Notes under the pieces: generated by a model | What the model was told of the DNA's origin: nothing | Databases searched by the model: none | What the model saw: only the letters and a program-made list of their open reading frames with translations | Source: the human T2T-CHM13v2.0 reference genome, Homo sapiens | NCBI RefSeq assembly: GCF_009914755.1 | Contig: NC_060928.1 | Reading direction: 5' to 3' (one strand) | DNA: 64,000 bases | Translations under genes and position numbers: made by a program | Shown: positions 28,417 through 42,331 of the stretch, in pieces | Layout of the letters: every line of letters starts with the position of its first letter | Position numbering within the stretch: the stretch's first letter is position 1

Positions 28417-29995
28417 TGTGTCTAGAATTGGTGGGTTCTTGGTCTCACCAACTTCAGGAATGAAGCCAAGGACCCTCACAGTGAGTGTTACAGTTCTTAA
28501 AGGCAGCGTGTCCGGAGATTGTTCCTTCTGATGTTCGGATGTGTTTGGAGTTTCTTTCTTCTGGTGGGTTCGTGGTCTTGCTGGCTCAGGAGTGAAACTG
28601 CAGACCTTCGCGGTGAGTGTTAACAGCTCTTTAGGTGGCACGTCTGCAGTTGTTTGTTCCTCCCAGTGGCTTCATGGTCTCACTGGCTTCAGAAGGGAAG
28701 CTGCAGCCCTTTGCAGGGAGTGTTACAGCCCATAATGGCAGTATAGACCCAAAGAGTAAGCAGTAGCAAGATTTATTGCAAAGAGCAAAAGAGGGAACCT
28801 TCCACACTGTAAAACGGGACGCCACCAGATTGCTACAGCTGGCTCGGGCAGCCTGCTTTTATTCTCTTATCTGGCCCCACCCACATCCTGCTAATTGGTC
28901 CATTTTACAGAGAGTCGATTGGTCTATTTTACAGAGAGCTGATTGGTCTGTTTTGACAGGGTACTGATTGGTGCATTTACAATCCCTGAGCTAGACACAA
29001 AAGTTCTCCACTTCCCCACTAGATTAGCTAGATACAGAGTGCTGACTGGTGTATTTACAAACCCTGAGCTAGACACAGAGTGCTGATTTGTGCATTTACA
29101 AATCTTGAGCTAGATACAGAGTGCTGATTGGTGTATTCACAATCCCTTAGCTAGACATAAAGATTCTCCAAGTCCCCACCAGATTAGCTAGATACAGAGT
29201 GCGGATTGGTGCATACACAAACCCTGAGCTAGACACAGGGTGCTGATTGGTGTGTTTACAAACCTTGAGCTAGATACAGAGTGCTGATTGGTGTATTTAC
29301 AATCCCTTAGCTAGACATAAAGGTTTTCTAAGCCCCCACTAGACTCAGGAGCCCAACTGGCTTCACCCACTGGGTCCCGCACCAGGGCCACAGGTGGAGC
29401 TGCTTGCCAGTCCCGCACCTTGTGCCGGCACTCCTCAGTCCTTGGGCGGTTGATGGGACTGGGTGCCACGGCGGAACAGGGGGCGGCACTCCTCAGGGAG
29501 GCTCTGGCGGCACAGGAGCCCACGGTGGGGGGGTGGGGGGTGCTCAGGCATGGCGGGCTGCAGGTCCGGAGCCCTGCCCTCCGGGGAGGCAGCTAAGGCC
29601 GGGAGAGAAATCGAGCGCAGCGCTGGTGGGCGGGCATTGCTGGGGGACCCAGTGCACCCTCCGCAGCTGCTTGCTGGCCGGGGTGCTAAGCCCCTCACTG
29701 CCTGGGCCTGCTGACCACTCTGAGTGCAGGGCCTCGGAGCCCACACCCACCTGGAACTGGCGCTGGCCCGCAAACGTCACGGGCAACCCTGGCGTCACGG
29801 CCCGCACCTCTCCTTCCACGCCTCCTGGCAAGCTGAGGGAGCTGGCTCCAGCCTCAGCTAGCCCAGAAAGGGGCTCCCGCGGTGCAGCGGTGGGCTGAAG
29901 GGCTTCTCAAGCGTGGCCAGAGTGGGCGCCAAGGCCGAGGAGGTGCTGAGAGCAGGGGAGGGCTGTGAGGGCTGCCAGCACGCTGTCACCTTTCA
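28417..29995 (-). mobile_element. LTR12 (ERV9; LTR12C/D-like) intact solo LTR
   Basis: Minus strand starts TGAAAGGTGACAGCGTGCTGGCAG and ends ...CACA; 4-bp TSD gtaa; internal tandem units; GC-rich U3. Confidence 0.95.
28890..29345 (-). promoter_or_regulatory. LTR12 tandem enhancer array with multiple CCAAT (NF-Y) boxes
   Basis: Repeated ~41-bp unit gagctaga(c/t)acagagtgctgattggtg(c/t)atttacaa; ATTGG is CCAAT on the minus strand. Confidence 0.8.
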
Positions 29996-30227
29996 GTAAG
30001 CCCCTTACCAAGCTTGAAAAGTAATTTCTTTTCAGTTTTACAGCATAAAAACAAAATCAGGTGCCGCAGGAGATGTGATTCATGACTCTTACATAGCTTT
30101 AAAATGAGGAGGAGATATGGGAGGTTTTTAGCCTCTTAAATAAATGCTGCAAGTATAGCTTACTCCATTTATTCTTTCTAACAATCGCTATACACACAAA
30201 CACAAGTATGAACACATATAAGATGTG

Positions 30228-30437
30228 TAGTCTATACTTTTAGGATAGTAGCCACTAGCCACGTGTAACTACTTAGGTTTAAATTTAAATTCATTAAATT
30301 TAATAAAATAAAAAGTTCGTTTTCTCATTTTCCCATTTTAAGTGCTCAAGAATCACCTGTGGCTGCTGGCTTCCCGATTGAACGGTATAGGTCTAAAACA
30401 TTTCCATCATCGCAGAAAGTTCTATTGGACAGTGCTG
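30228..30437. mobile_element. MER33/MER3-type hAT-Charlie fragment
   Basis: gtagccactagccacgtg ... catttccatcatcgcagaaagttctattggacagtgctg terminus. Confidence 0.8.
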
Positions 30438-30784
30438 CTAATTGATTTCTCAGTGTGGAAGGAGGTGTCTTTAAACACCTTTGATTCTTTCATAACATTA
30501 CATTCAATATTTTAATATCTAGTCATACATATTTTCTGCTGTTATGGAGCTACAGTATGCATCCATGAACTTTTCACAAATTTCTACTTAAAAAAATCAA
30601 TACCACTATGTACTATCAAGTTCTTAAAAATTTAAGAACTTAAAAATTAATGTTTAAGAAAATTTAAAATTTAAGTTTAAGAACTTAAATAACAGGACAG
30701 CTTAACCACTCATCACATCATAGAGTAAAGAAGATACACTTTCTTAGGAGAAATAAAAAAGATTAAGTATTCATGATTGGTTAC

Positions 30785-31159
30785 TGCTGTGGTTTGAATG
30801 TCTCCACCAAAACACATGTTAAATTTAATTGCCAATGTAACAGTATTGGGAGGTGGGGCTTTTAACAGGTGATTAGCTTATGAGGGCTCCACCTTCATGA
30901 AAAGGTTAATGCCCCGATGGAAGCAGTGGGTCAGTTATTACAGGAGTGGGCTCCTAATAAAAGTGCAAGGTGGACTTATCTCTCTATCTTGTGGAAGGGT
31001 GCCTTCCACCCTTCTGCCATGGGGTGCCATTCACCAGATGCCAGGGCCATGCTCTTGGATGTCCTAGCATCCAGAACCATGTGCCAAATAAATTTCTTTT
31101 CTTCATAAATTATCCACTCTGCAGTATTCTGTTACAACAGCAAAACACAGACTAAGACA
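30785..31159 (+). mobile_element. MST (MSTC/D-like) solo LTR
   Basis: tgctgtggtttgaatgtc ... gactaagaca; near-TSD gttac/gttat. Confidence 0.88.
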
Positions 31160-31667
31160 GTTATTTACTTTGCAATTAACCTTTAAAAAATTAGTCATTC
31201 TTTCATTTGTTTGAAGGCAAGATTTTGTTGTTTGAATTTGTGGCCTCTACTGAAACTTCTCTTCGAATAATTTTTCTTCAGACTGTGTTATTTTGTAATT
31301 GCATAAGAAGTCTGACATTCTAAAGAATGCTTTGAGGGAATTATCTTTTTCTAATCTGAAAAATTATTGGTAATAAGGGCCATGGTAATTTCAATTTCAG
31401 TTTCAACAGAATATTTATTATATTAAAACACAAGGGGCACAATTTACAAGGCTAGTATGATATATTAGGTGTAGTTTAAAAATGATAAAGTGCTTTAACT
31501 AAAAGTTATTTTATATCAACTTAATTCTCTATCAAAGTAAGTAACTTTATCAGAGAAAAGTTAAACTGAAGTTCAGAAAGGTTATCTAAATTAATGTAAG
31601 TTGTGATTGCAAAGTAAGGATTTAAGCTTATGTCCTCCAAACTTGAAGTCCTGTTTTTCAATTCTAT

Positions 31668-31873
31668 AGCTGTGGTGTGCTGGTAAACCAGCTCGTAAAA
31701 TTAAAAAAAAAAAAAAAATTAGTGCTTTGCCACATCTGCTGACTTTTGTGATGTAAGTACTCCCACTGTGGCTAAATTTAAGCTACGAATGATTTAAAAA
31801 GCGGCTACAAAATTGTCAAATATTTCATTATTGCCTGTCCTGAGTCAGTCTGAGTGACTGCAGCACCCCAGTG
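31668..31873. mobile_element. MER63-like hAT MITE
   Basis: gtggtgtgctggtaaaccagctc left end and ctgcagcaccccagtg inverted right end. Confidence 0.55.
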
Positions 31874-32999
31874 CCACTCTGCTTTTCTAATATACAGAAA
31901 AATTGTGAGTGAAGGGGAGTAGGTGGAAGAACATTGTAGAATTATGGAGAGTCACCCTTTTCTGCTCCTGAATTTTATTACATAGTATTTTCAACGAGGG
32001 AGATCTATCTGAACATTCATCCAACTATGATTATTGAAGGTAATAAAAATACATATCTATAATTATTTTCTATTGGAACTTTGTTGCATGGTACAACAGA
32101 TTCTAAAAGAAAAAATCTAGTGTACTATCATTTTCAATGAAAATTCAATTTGATTCTCTTTTGTGCTCTCTCAACAAGCTGATGCCAGGCTGGCGTCCAA
32201 CCACAGGTAAAGAATAATGCTGAATGATCAAGTAAAACATAGGAACAACCACATGCATATCTTGATATTACATGTCTCCAATGATGAGACTTTGTCCTCA
32301 GAACAGAGGAGATAACTTTCGACTCAACTGACCATGCTATCTAATAACTATCATAAAGAACAGCATACCATTATACAATGTTAAAACTATTGGTTTTGTT
32401 TTTACAGATGTTCTCCAAATTATAATTGCAAATAATCATTATTAAAAATTGCACTTAACAGGCCAATTTGTTCAATTACATGCATGCATATTTTGGTGTT
32501 AACTGAATTCTCTAGGTGCAATGTTGAGGCAATGTTACCCTAAATCTAATACAGCATTCCACAGAAGAGTTGATCTTTGATTGAAGTGAGAGCCTGGTAA
32601 AACCTCAAAAACATTCTCAACTAAAATGATCTCTATCATGCTCAAATGTCCCTGCACATAAAGCCACCCACGAAGCATATTAAAAAAGGCGGTTCTGTAG
32701 GCTCCACTGCAACGGACTCTGAAGGAGTACGTTTAAAGAATGGTTGAAGAACATGTACTTTCCACAATCACACCATATGGATTTGATGAAAGTTTAAGCT
32801 TCTACTGAAATAGAATTAAAATAGAAGAAAATTAGGTATCCAAACTTCACTAACTTTAGGCCTCTAAACACATAGTTTTCTAGTTCTTAAAGACTTTATA
32901 TCGCCTTAAGTACATTTCCTTAGATCCTCTTTTCCTGCTTTTAAATTTTGTTTGCATTCCAGTTCACCTTTTATTATGCACATTATACATCGCTTTTCA

Positions 33000-33220
33000 G
33001 TAAAACCTGTCTTGACCCACCCCCGAGTAAATTTACCTCTCCTCTTTCATTGCATATGTAAAATCTGCATTTATTCTAGCATCTATTGCACTCCAGTGTC
33101 CTTTCGTTTGCTTCGTTTTGATCCGTAAGGGCCTGCAGCCTTCTTGAGATCAGGGATCCTGTTCATTTTGTGTTCCCTATCAGTGACTTGTCAAATATGT
33201 CGAACAGATGTCTGAACAAA
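33000..33220 (+). mobile_element. L2 3' fragment
   Basis: gccttcttgagatcagggatcctgttcattttgtgttccc. Confidence 0.55.
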
Positions 33221-33439
33221 TCAGCTTACCTGCTACCAAAATTGCCTCACAGAGTTAGGCTTTATTGTTGGGTTCTTAGGCCATTAAACAAAAAAAATCC
33301 TGGTACACATTTTAAAGGCATCCCCTATTTAAAAAAAGTGACCAACATATTTCTGCGCGTTCTTTATGTAAGAACTCAGTTAATAAACTTCTTTTAGAAA
33401 AGCTTTGTCCCTCTTAAGGAATTCATATTATTATGAATT

Positions 33440-33800
33440 CACAACTCTGCCTATCCAGGTTTGAACCGTGTTTCCATCAGTTACCCTCTGAGTGACCTCA
33501 GGCGATTTGTTTAGGATATCTGTGCTTCAGTTTTCTTATCTTTTAAATGGGGCTAAGCTGGGCACATTGTCTAGTGCCTCTGTAATCCCAGCTACTCAGG
33601 AGGCTGAGGTGGGAGAATCCCTTGAGCCCAGGAGCTGAAGACCAGCTTGGGCAACACAGGGAGAATTGGTCTCTAAAAAATAAAATTAAAAAAGAAAACG
33701 GGGCTATAATCATAAGCACTTCTTGAGCTTTGACTAAATTAATATATGAAAATAACTTATAATAGTAAGAAAACATTGTAAATGTTGACTATTATTTCTT
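33440..33800 (+). mobile_element. MIR interrupted by FLAM
   Basis: gtgacctcaggc...ctgtgcttcagttttcttatcttttaaatgggg core, resuming after the FLAM. Confidence 0.7.
33557..33695 (+). mobile_element. FLAM (free left Alu monomer)
   Basis: Monomeric Alu with A tail; TSD aaatggggcta / aaacggggcta. Confidence 0.88.
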
Positions 33801-36009
33801 TTTAAAAATTTTGAGGCTTATATTTCTCACATTATTTTTCTTATTCAGGTTTTGAAAACATTTGAAGGTAATATTAATACCATTCACAGTAACTGACCAC
33901 ATCAGTATGTTTGCTTTCTTCTACTTCTTCCTATTTTAATATGATGTTTCTGCACTGCCTGGTTTATGGTATACCTGTGAGATGCCCACTGTATGCCTTG
34001 ATCTTTTATTTCAAGTTGTCTTGAATAACTTGCAGAACATCTAGAGAGCAAATTATTAATAAATACTAAATAGCCTTGGATATTTTACCTTTTAATGTAT
34101 GTGCATATGATCTTTACATATATATATATATATATATAAATTTTTTCCTGTCTATATTCTCACTCATCAGATGTCACTTTTTTCATTTGTCAATATATTC
34201 TACCTAACCTCTCCACCCTAATTTGTTGCTGTGCTTTGGGAAAACCAAATAATCACATAGCCATCAGCTGTGTTTATCTCAGAAAGGACTTTTCGAAGTC
34301 TTTAATCTTAGTGAGTAGCACAAATGACATTTTGCTTGCATTGTTGGATAACTTTGGTAGCTATCACCTGATTTAAATAGATGGGTTTGACAGATAAATA
34401 ATATTGGATCATAAATGAGACATTAAGGCTAACTTTATTCATTTGTAGCAGCTGTTTCCTTTCCCAAAGCAAAGTCCAAGAAAGTATAAATAACAGGATT
34501 TGAAGATGATAAGCAGCAATAAGCAGTCACTTTGGAAATGTCCTCAACAGGACATAAATCAATAAGTTAATAAAAATATCATGTTTCATGGATAACAGGA
34601 GCAGGAAACATACATTAAAAAAACTTTCAATACATCAAAAAAGATGGGATATAACTGAATTCCTAGAGATGAAGAGAAAAACCAACCTCTGATTTCAGTT
34701 TCCTGAAGTTTTCGTTGGCCGACTTTTAATCATTTACTCCAGGCACATTGATATTAACAGTATCATTGTTGAGTTCCCTCCCCCTCCAGTCCTAGACTAG
34801 CTTTAGAAGGGGACCGTCCCAGCACACCTTCTCCTCAGAACCGAGTGGAAGCTTTAGTTGATGTGCAAATGTGCCACATTGTTTAACAAGAAATGTTGGA
34901 TTTATTAAAAAAAAAATGAGTGAAACTGAAGCCTCTGGGCAAAAGGAACTGGGAAGGAAACTGAAAAAGAAAAAAAGGATGGTTGTGATTAACAACAAAA
35001 CAATTTCACTTAAAATAATGAGGAAAGACATCCATTGTTTAGTTAGAAATAGAAGCCCAGATTGGCTGAGCTAAGGTGGCACCAGGAAAGACAGAATTGG
35101 AGCTTATTTTTTCAATTTTCTATTTCTGTATCTAAGAAGTTACTTTCCTCGTAAGTTTGAGTATGGACACAACTGTAATACAGTGTATATTGGCATGGTT
35201 CCTATACTTCCAGGTTGCTCAAATCCAGGGTCAGTTATGTTCGTCATACAAGCATAAGAAGGTGAAATTAAAACATTTTCCTGGGAAACTGATATGTGAG
35301 GAAATGTTAGAAATAGGATTAGAGTTAAACATTTCACCCATATTTACCCCACCTATCCTCCTCAACAGTCCCCAACATATTTACAAAGTCTGTTTTTGCT
35401 TCAAAGAAGGAGGAATTTAGCAAATTATTATTTTGATGAATATATATTTATTCCTTCTCATCACCCCATAATTGGTTAAGTCCTGGGCACTGATCCCTTT
35501 ATTTGTTGCTGCAGAATCCTTCCAGATCCTTCCTTGGGTCTACTAGTCTGCAATTCCTAATAAAGATGTTATTCATTTATTTTTGTAAATATGTTTGTAT
35601 TTGCTCAGACTTCTGGGATCTTATGATTCCTCAACGAGTCTTTAAATATAGGAGGTAATGGCAGTGAGATTGAATCAGTAGTTTCTGAGTGCGCTGGGGT
35701 AAACTTCATCAAGTCTAGATTACCTGTAAGCATGGAGTTTGACTAAGTAGTCTCTCACCTGTTAAGCTGCTGTTTGCAATTGCTTTGCTGTCAGTGTTCA
35801 AATTTATGTGAAGCCTGCAATCACACTTAATTCATTTTGGGGAGAGGAAAGAAAATACAATTTAAGATCTAACATTCTAGATTTCCTCTTTCATATATTT
35901 ATTTAAAAATATTTGTTAATTTCCTTTAAAGGGAATGTTGTATGCCTATGCACAGCTATTTTTATACAACAGAAAGTGAGAAAGAATTTTGGGTAAGATT
36001 AAGAGTGAC

Positions 36010-36240
36010 ACCATTGGAGCCAAATGTCATGGGTTCAGAATCTTAGCTTTGCCACTTTGTTTGTGTAATCATGTTTGCTCATTGTTTTTCTGTTTCCCCA
36101 TTTCTAAAATGTGGTCCTAGTGGTATGTACCTCACATCTACTTTATAGGGTAATTGCAATAATTAAATGAATTAATGTATAGAGCAGCTGGTTAGTGCTA
36201 TGTACTATTGTTTAATAAATAGTGCTATGTAACTATTTAA
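36010..36240 (+). mobile_element. MIR
   Basis: ggagccaaatg...gggttcagaatcttagctttgccact...tgtttccccatttctaaaatg. Confidence 0.7.
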
Positions 36241-39200
36241 TTCTTATTTAAATGTCATACGATGTGTGTATATATGTATGTAAAATATTATATTCTCTAT
36301 ATACATACATATATACATACCTACGTACAGACATGGCATTTTTTTTTCTTGTGTGTTGCTCCTTATAGTATATACTGAAATATGTATTATAGATGTTCAA
36401 AAGATAAACTAAAATATTTTAAAAGAATGAGTATGACTCTCACAAAAATATAAAAAGAATACATGCTGAATATTTTATTTGACTTACTGATTCATGAGAG
36501 AACCAATAAGACATTAAGACTGATTCAAAGAAGGATTCAAAATACATACACATACGTACATATAGGCCATCAGGGATGATTATTAATAAATTGTCTTACT
36601 GATATACACATGTACGTAACTAATTATACATATGCTTATATATGTAACAATCAGCTCTTTATCTGCCTATCATTTTGTCTATAATTTTATTTCCTTAGCA
36701 TTTTGCTAATTATTGTGTACATTATATGTGGTCTCTGGATGCTTATAAACCTTATTTTTAATTTGTCCTCACTTTCCTTTGTGTAATATAAATTTGAGTT
36801 TTAGTTTCAGAGAACTTATCGCTTGGCCAGGATGATTTCCTGCAGTGTATTTCATTCATTGTCATGATTCTGCTTATGCATCTAATAATGCTTCTATTTA
36901 CAAATTTACCTATTCTCCTTTTTTTCTCCAATCCTTGAAATCTTTTCTGTTGTTTCACCATGCTAACATTTGCATTTTCCAAGGACATTTGCTTTTCTTT
37001 TTGCAATTTTTCATCATCTTTATGTATAAAACCCTAGTTTTTACTCCCCTATTTTTAGAATATGTTAAAATGTTAAATTGTCTTGTTCTTTTTGCTTTGT
37101 GTCTTTGCACAGTGTACACCCTAAGCATTTGTTAAACCCTTCTATCACATACCCAATGTCCATTTACATTTAGCTCTAGGAAAATTTTTCTCACTTTACC
37201 AAGTGTCTTCTCGAACTTTCATGCAAAATCTACATCACTGACACAGAAGACTTTTTTGCTTCGTACTCTACTTCTAGTGATATTTGAAAGATATCTCACC
37301 AAGAGTTTTATTACTCATTATCATTGCTTTAATTATGTATTCCTATAATTCTTTTGTGAATGTGATTAAGTATCCTCTTTTCTCATTATTGTTCCTGGTA
37401 CAACTTCTAAAATCTGCATCAGCTGATTGCTTTCTCCATCATTACAATTTAAAATCACCTCTTGACTATGTTCATCATTCACTGAAATTATTTCAAAGTC
37501 CCTTCCTTGGATTAATGACTCCTTCTTGCCTTGTACTGCGCTCTCCTTTCTTTGAGAGATAAATAGGTAAGTAGCCCATTCCATAATCATCAACTCGTGA
37601 GATTAGAAGATAATACTAGAAGTTATTTAGAGTTGATCCCCTTGATTCCAGATGGAAGGGAGGATACTAAAACTTTCCGAGTCTGATGGTTATCTCTTCA
37701 GAAGGAGATTTGGGAACATCTTCTGTGAATAAATTTATTTCTATGCTGTGATGCAGAGTTACTAAAAGTGAAGGTTCAATTAACAGCTACAAATTCAAGT
37801 AAGTTTAAATCACATTACTGCCAATTATCCTTTGCTGGTACGTGCCAAAGGGGAATATTAACCAGAAAATTAGCACATTGAATGTTTCATTCATATACAA
37901 ATCAAATTCGAGCAAGATGTCTCTTCCAAGGAGAAATAGCAAGACATGTATCCTTCGCTATCTTTGTAGGACAAGAGATTTGGTAAGGTACTAGTTTTTA
38001 GAAAAAACAAAACAAAACAACTATGAACCTTTTAAATAATTTTGTATTTGTTTTGTGACATTATTTAATTGTTGTAAAGGCAGAATATTTCCAGAGTTGA
38101 CATTTATAAGTTTTCTACCTACTTCGTTATCTATCTTGTAACAGATAATAACTTTATTTATTTGTGACTTATTACATCAACAGGAGGACAATTTCCTTTT
38201 TAATTTTTTCTTTCTTTTTTGGGGGGAGTAGTCTTACACTGAAATTGAGTGGTAGATAAAAACAATTCAGGGAGAAGCATCAAAAGTTTGCAGTGTATTA
38301 ATCAATAGTAAGAAACATTCTTACAGCTTTTTCTTACCTTTGACTTTTATCTACTCTTTTTTTCTCTTGCTGAAATAGCTAATGTCCCCTATTCATCTAT
38401 CAATGTTTTAAAACTCTATTGAACTATCACCTTTTCCGGGAAGTGTTCTCTCAGTTTGTTTTGACAAATCTTTCTGCACTGTCACCCAGTGTGTGGGTTT
38501 CTCATTGCACTGTGGTTAGAATGGCTTGTCTATGGATCAAACTGCGGTACTCAGCTATGAAGTCCTTTGTTGGTGGGATGATTCTTGATTATCCCTGCAT
38601 CTTTGAGGACTAACACTGCATCAGACATTTGGTGAATAGAAATTTATTTATATTTGATAAGTAGAATTCTGACCCACAGTTTTCTGTTATTTTGGTCAAA
38701 ATAACATTATCACATTAAACAAAAGCAATATTGCATAAGTGATACAGAGGTTTAACAAACTCATAGGGCATATGCAATGGAGAAATCAAAACAAAAGAAC
38801 AATCAAAACAAAAGCAACAACAAAGAGACAAAATAAAACAAAAACAGGAAGAGAGAGGCAAGAATAATTAAAATAAGTGAATTTGCTAAACCCTACATGA
38901 ACTGCTACAGATTTGGTAGGTGTTTGTGCCAAAGACATGAATCAGCTATCTTTAGTTTTGTAAAATTGATGTAGGAAGGACATTATGGGGAGGAGACATC
39001 AAGAATTCTCACAATTCACAACTCTCCTCAATGGCTACTAAACCTTTCAAATAACAGGTAGTGTGGTGGCAATTGTGGTGATAGTCGTGGTCTTAGGGGT
39101 GAAATTTGATTGCCTGATGATAATTGAAAGACAGTCCACCTCCCTTTTTGAAGCATCAATTTCTAAGAGATGATTCATGAAAGACCTTCGTAGAGAGTGA

Positions 39201-40220
39201 GGGATTGAAATCTGATTGTCTGCTGAAGCTTGGAGCAAGGGGTGGAGGGGGAGACTGAGTTCAGGAACAGACTTACAGAATCAAGACCATATTCAGATTC
39301 AGGCCTAGGGTATAGATACACTGCTTGAACAGATTCTACTGTTTGCTGAAAGGGTGCAGCAGTCTAGCTGTCCTGGACCCTTATTTTGACAACCACAGGA
39401 GGCAGGGCTGAGACATGACTGGTAATTCTCTTGGCAATTTCAAGTGCCTTGCCACAGTCACCCCTCACAATGGCAGGTTATGCGTTTTTGCTAATACTTT
39501 TTTCTGTTTTTCCCTTGAATTTCTTCAGATTTCTTAAATGCATTTAATCTGATCCTGGTACTTTGTCTTCTATCTGTTTTACCCATTCAAACTCTTCTTC
39601 CCTGTGACATTTCGTAAGAGGTGAATTTTAGCAATAGAATGAGTATAAAATGACCCTTGGAAACTGGAACCACAATAATAAAATAACTATCTGAGGTTCA
39701 CTAAGAATAAATATTCCTGGGAAAGAAAAACAAACTGCAATAGGAAAATAAGCAAACAACAAAAAACTCCAAATGAGAAATGAATGTGAATAAATTACTA
39801 CCTATGGAAGTGAAAATAAGATGAAATTCAAAAGCTGAATTTGACCCTAGTGTTTGCTCCAACTCTAAAAACAAGCATGAAATTACAATCAATAGAATAG
39901 GGACCAGCATTCCTAAGGCGGGTATTAGAGTCCAACATGAGAAGAATGCAGAGGATGTAAGAGGCTTAATAAGAATATCATCATGGTGTTTGAAGGATTC
40001 CATCAATTTGGAATAGTTTACCTGTGAACAGATGATTGAGAAAAGGCTTCTAGGAACTTAAAATCTATTCTGGAAAATTAAACAGTTATAGAATAGTGCC
40101 AGACGATGGGCAATGATTTCTAAATTGTGAGGTTTAGACTAATGATTGTGTGTCATTTTGGAGAACAAGTCCTATGAGTTGGACAAAGTATAGATATTTA
40201 CTTAGAAGAGGTTGAATTTG

Positions 40221-40525
40221 GGCCGGGCGCGGTTGCTCATGCCTGTAATCCCAGCACATTGCGACGCCGAGGCGGATGGATCACGAGGTCAGGAGTTCAA
40301 GACCAGCCTGGCCAAGATGGTGAAATCCCGACTCTACTAAAAATACAAAAATTAGCTGGTTGTGGTGGTGGGTGCCTATAATCCCAGCTACTCGGGAGGC
40401 TGAGGCAGAGAATTGCTTGAACCCGGGAGGCGGAGGTTGCAGTGAGCCGAGATTGAGCCACTGCACTCCAGCCTGGGTGACAGAGTGAGACTCCGTCTCA
40501 AAAAAAAAAAAAAAAAAAAAAAAAA
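40221..40525 (+). mobile_element. AluS (Sg-like)
   Basis: Full Alu with long A tail; TSD agaagaggttgaattt / agaagaggtggaattt. Confidence 0.97.
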
Positions 40526-41685
40526 GAAGAGGTGGAATTTAATCTGACTTTTTAAGGGTTTTACGATTTAGATGAGCCTGGATACTGGGGCATATTGGGA
40601 TATTTCACATGAGAAATAGGAAAAGCAAATTTACATATATTTAATTTGGCATAATGGATGGCCATGATGCAGGGTGTTTTCCATGAAAACTTTTTTTGGT
40701 ATTGTTTAAATGCCATCATAGGTAAAGGCAAGAATAAAAAAATTCATTTATGTCTCACTTGCTTCACTCTTATTTTTATCAGGATTTTGGTGACCCCGGG
40801 TGAAGAACTATATTTCACATGCTATTTTATATTTGTTTGAAAATAATTATTAATAAAATACATAGCCATAAAAATATTCAAAATTCATGTATAGATTATT
40901 AGCTTTTTTTAAGTGAAGTAAGGGTGGTGTTTTAAACAATTATTAATATCTTGACTTATTGTAGATTCTTTTTTTTAATTAAGAAACTCACCAGACACTT
41001 TAATACTATGCCCTAACTAGGTCCCTTATGTCTCTGAATTGCTTGTACTGTGAGAGGAATCACTTAATACAAGCTTATTAGACAACCGAGTAGCTTGGAA
41101 ATCCCCCGCTAGACCTTTCAATAAGGTTTAATCAACCAGGTAAGACCCTGATGAGGCTGGCAATTAGACTTACTGTATTTTTTAAATGGAGATGCTGAGT
41201 TTCAAAATATTAAAATGCTGTTTAAACACAGTGATGACAAAATTGGAGGTGCCATTGCAGCCACAAATCCAAATCCCTGCCCCCCACCCCCACCACCACC
41301 CTTCAACCCTGTGGTTCATTACAGCGCTTTGTTGAATTAACAAGTATTAATTTACCTCTGAATTGCTACTAGGAATTTAGCCTGATTCAGTATTGCCATT
41401 TGAATGGAGAAAATAGTTGCAGTACTAATAGGTATTACACTGGAAATAATTAAACTGAGTTTTTTTAACTCTCCATATCTCTGAACTGAATGAGCATTTC
41501 TACTTTAGTTTTCTCTTAAAAAAATACACACATATACTTATATATGTGTATATACAAATGTACAAATAGAAATATATGTATATACGTGATAATATATGGG
41601 CATAGTAAAAAAATTCAAAATGTGTAAGAGGTTATATTATTAAATATAGTTTATCTCTTCATTCACCAGGTTTTTAAGTTGCTAA

Positions 41686-42331
41686 TGTAAGGACAAATAA
41701 AAATTGAAGTTAGAAGCTTAATTCCCCTCTTAAAAGCAAGAGAATGTCTCCCTTACCTTTTCTTAGAGCGTTTACTTTAGGAAACTTGTAATTATGTCAT
41801 TTCTTGGTCTCTGAAATGTATGGAAAAATTTTTTAAAGCTAAATAAGCTTCTGACCAGCTTTACAATGCAGAAATGTCTTTCTCAAGGACCAGGAATCAC
41901 CTCTTTTAAATTTAATTATTAAGCAAAAAAGCACCCCACCTCCCAGTTTCTGTGGGAGGGTAGGAGCCTAACTCCACTGAACATCTCACTCCAAGTTGCA
42001 AAACTACCTCTTGTCATAAAGACGAGTTTACTTCTCAATTGGATAAATCCAATTAAGTCACACAAATGATCATCCCAAATATCGAGTGAATTTAGGATGA
42101 ATTACATGTGACAAATGGTGCTGTCAAGTCCTCTAACTTGAGGACTTGGCTATATAAACGGGTGAGGTTTCCTTCTGTTTTTGCAATCCCTTAGCAGATT
42201 TTGTGGAATGCACATCACATTCTGGTTTAATGCTCATTCGACGATAAAATTGTCTTCTTTCTCTTCTACCTATATAGCAAGTTTTTCTGGGTTGGTAGGA
42301 GATTTTGTTTTTAATACTATTTCCCCCAACA
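41686..42331 (+). mobile_element. ERV1 solo LTR, MER39-like
   Basis: TG...CA ends (tgtaagg ... ttcccccaaca), gctatataaa TATA box, tcccagtttctgtgggagggtaggagcctaact motif. Confidence 0.7.

Noticed and set aside
28890-29345. Regularly spaced ~41-bp repeats as a CRISPR-like array
   Set aside because: Head-to-tail degenerate units without unique spacers, inside a primate LTR12; this is the known ERV9 enhancer repeat
29311-29898. Cluster of overlapping ORFs and a CpG island-like region as a gene start
   Set aside because: Explained by the GC-rich U3 of LTR12, which has few stop codons
41130-41147. Isolated strong donor sites (cag|gtaaga here; tag|gtaagt near 37566)
   Set aside because: No convincing paired acceptor or reading frame; such motifs are expected by chance in 64 kb
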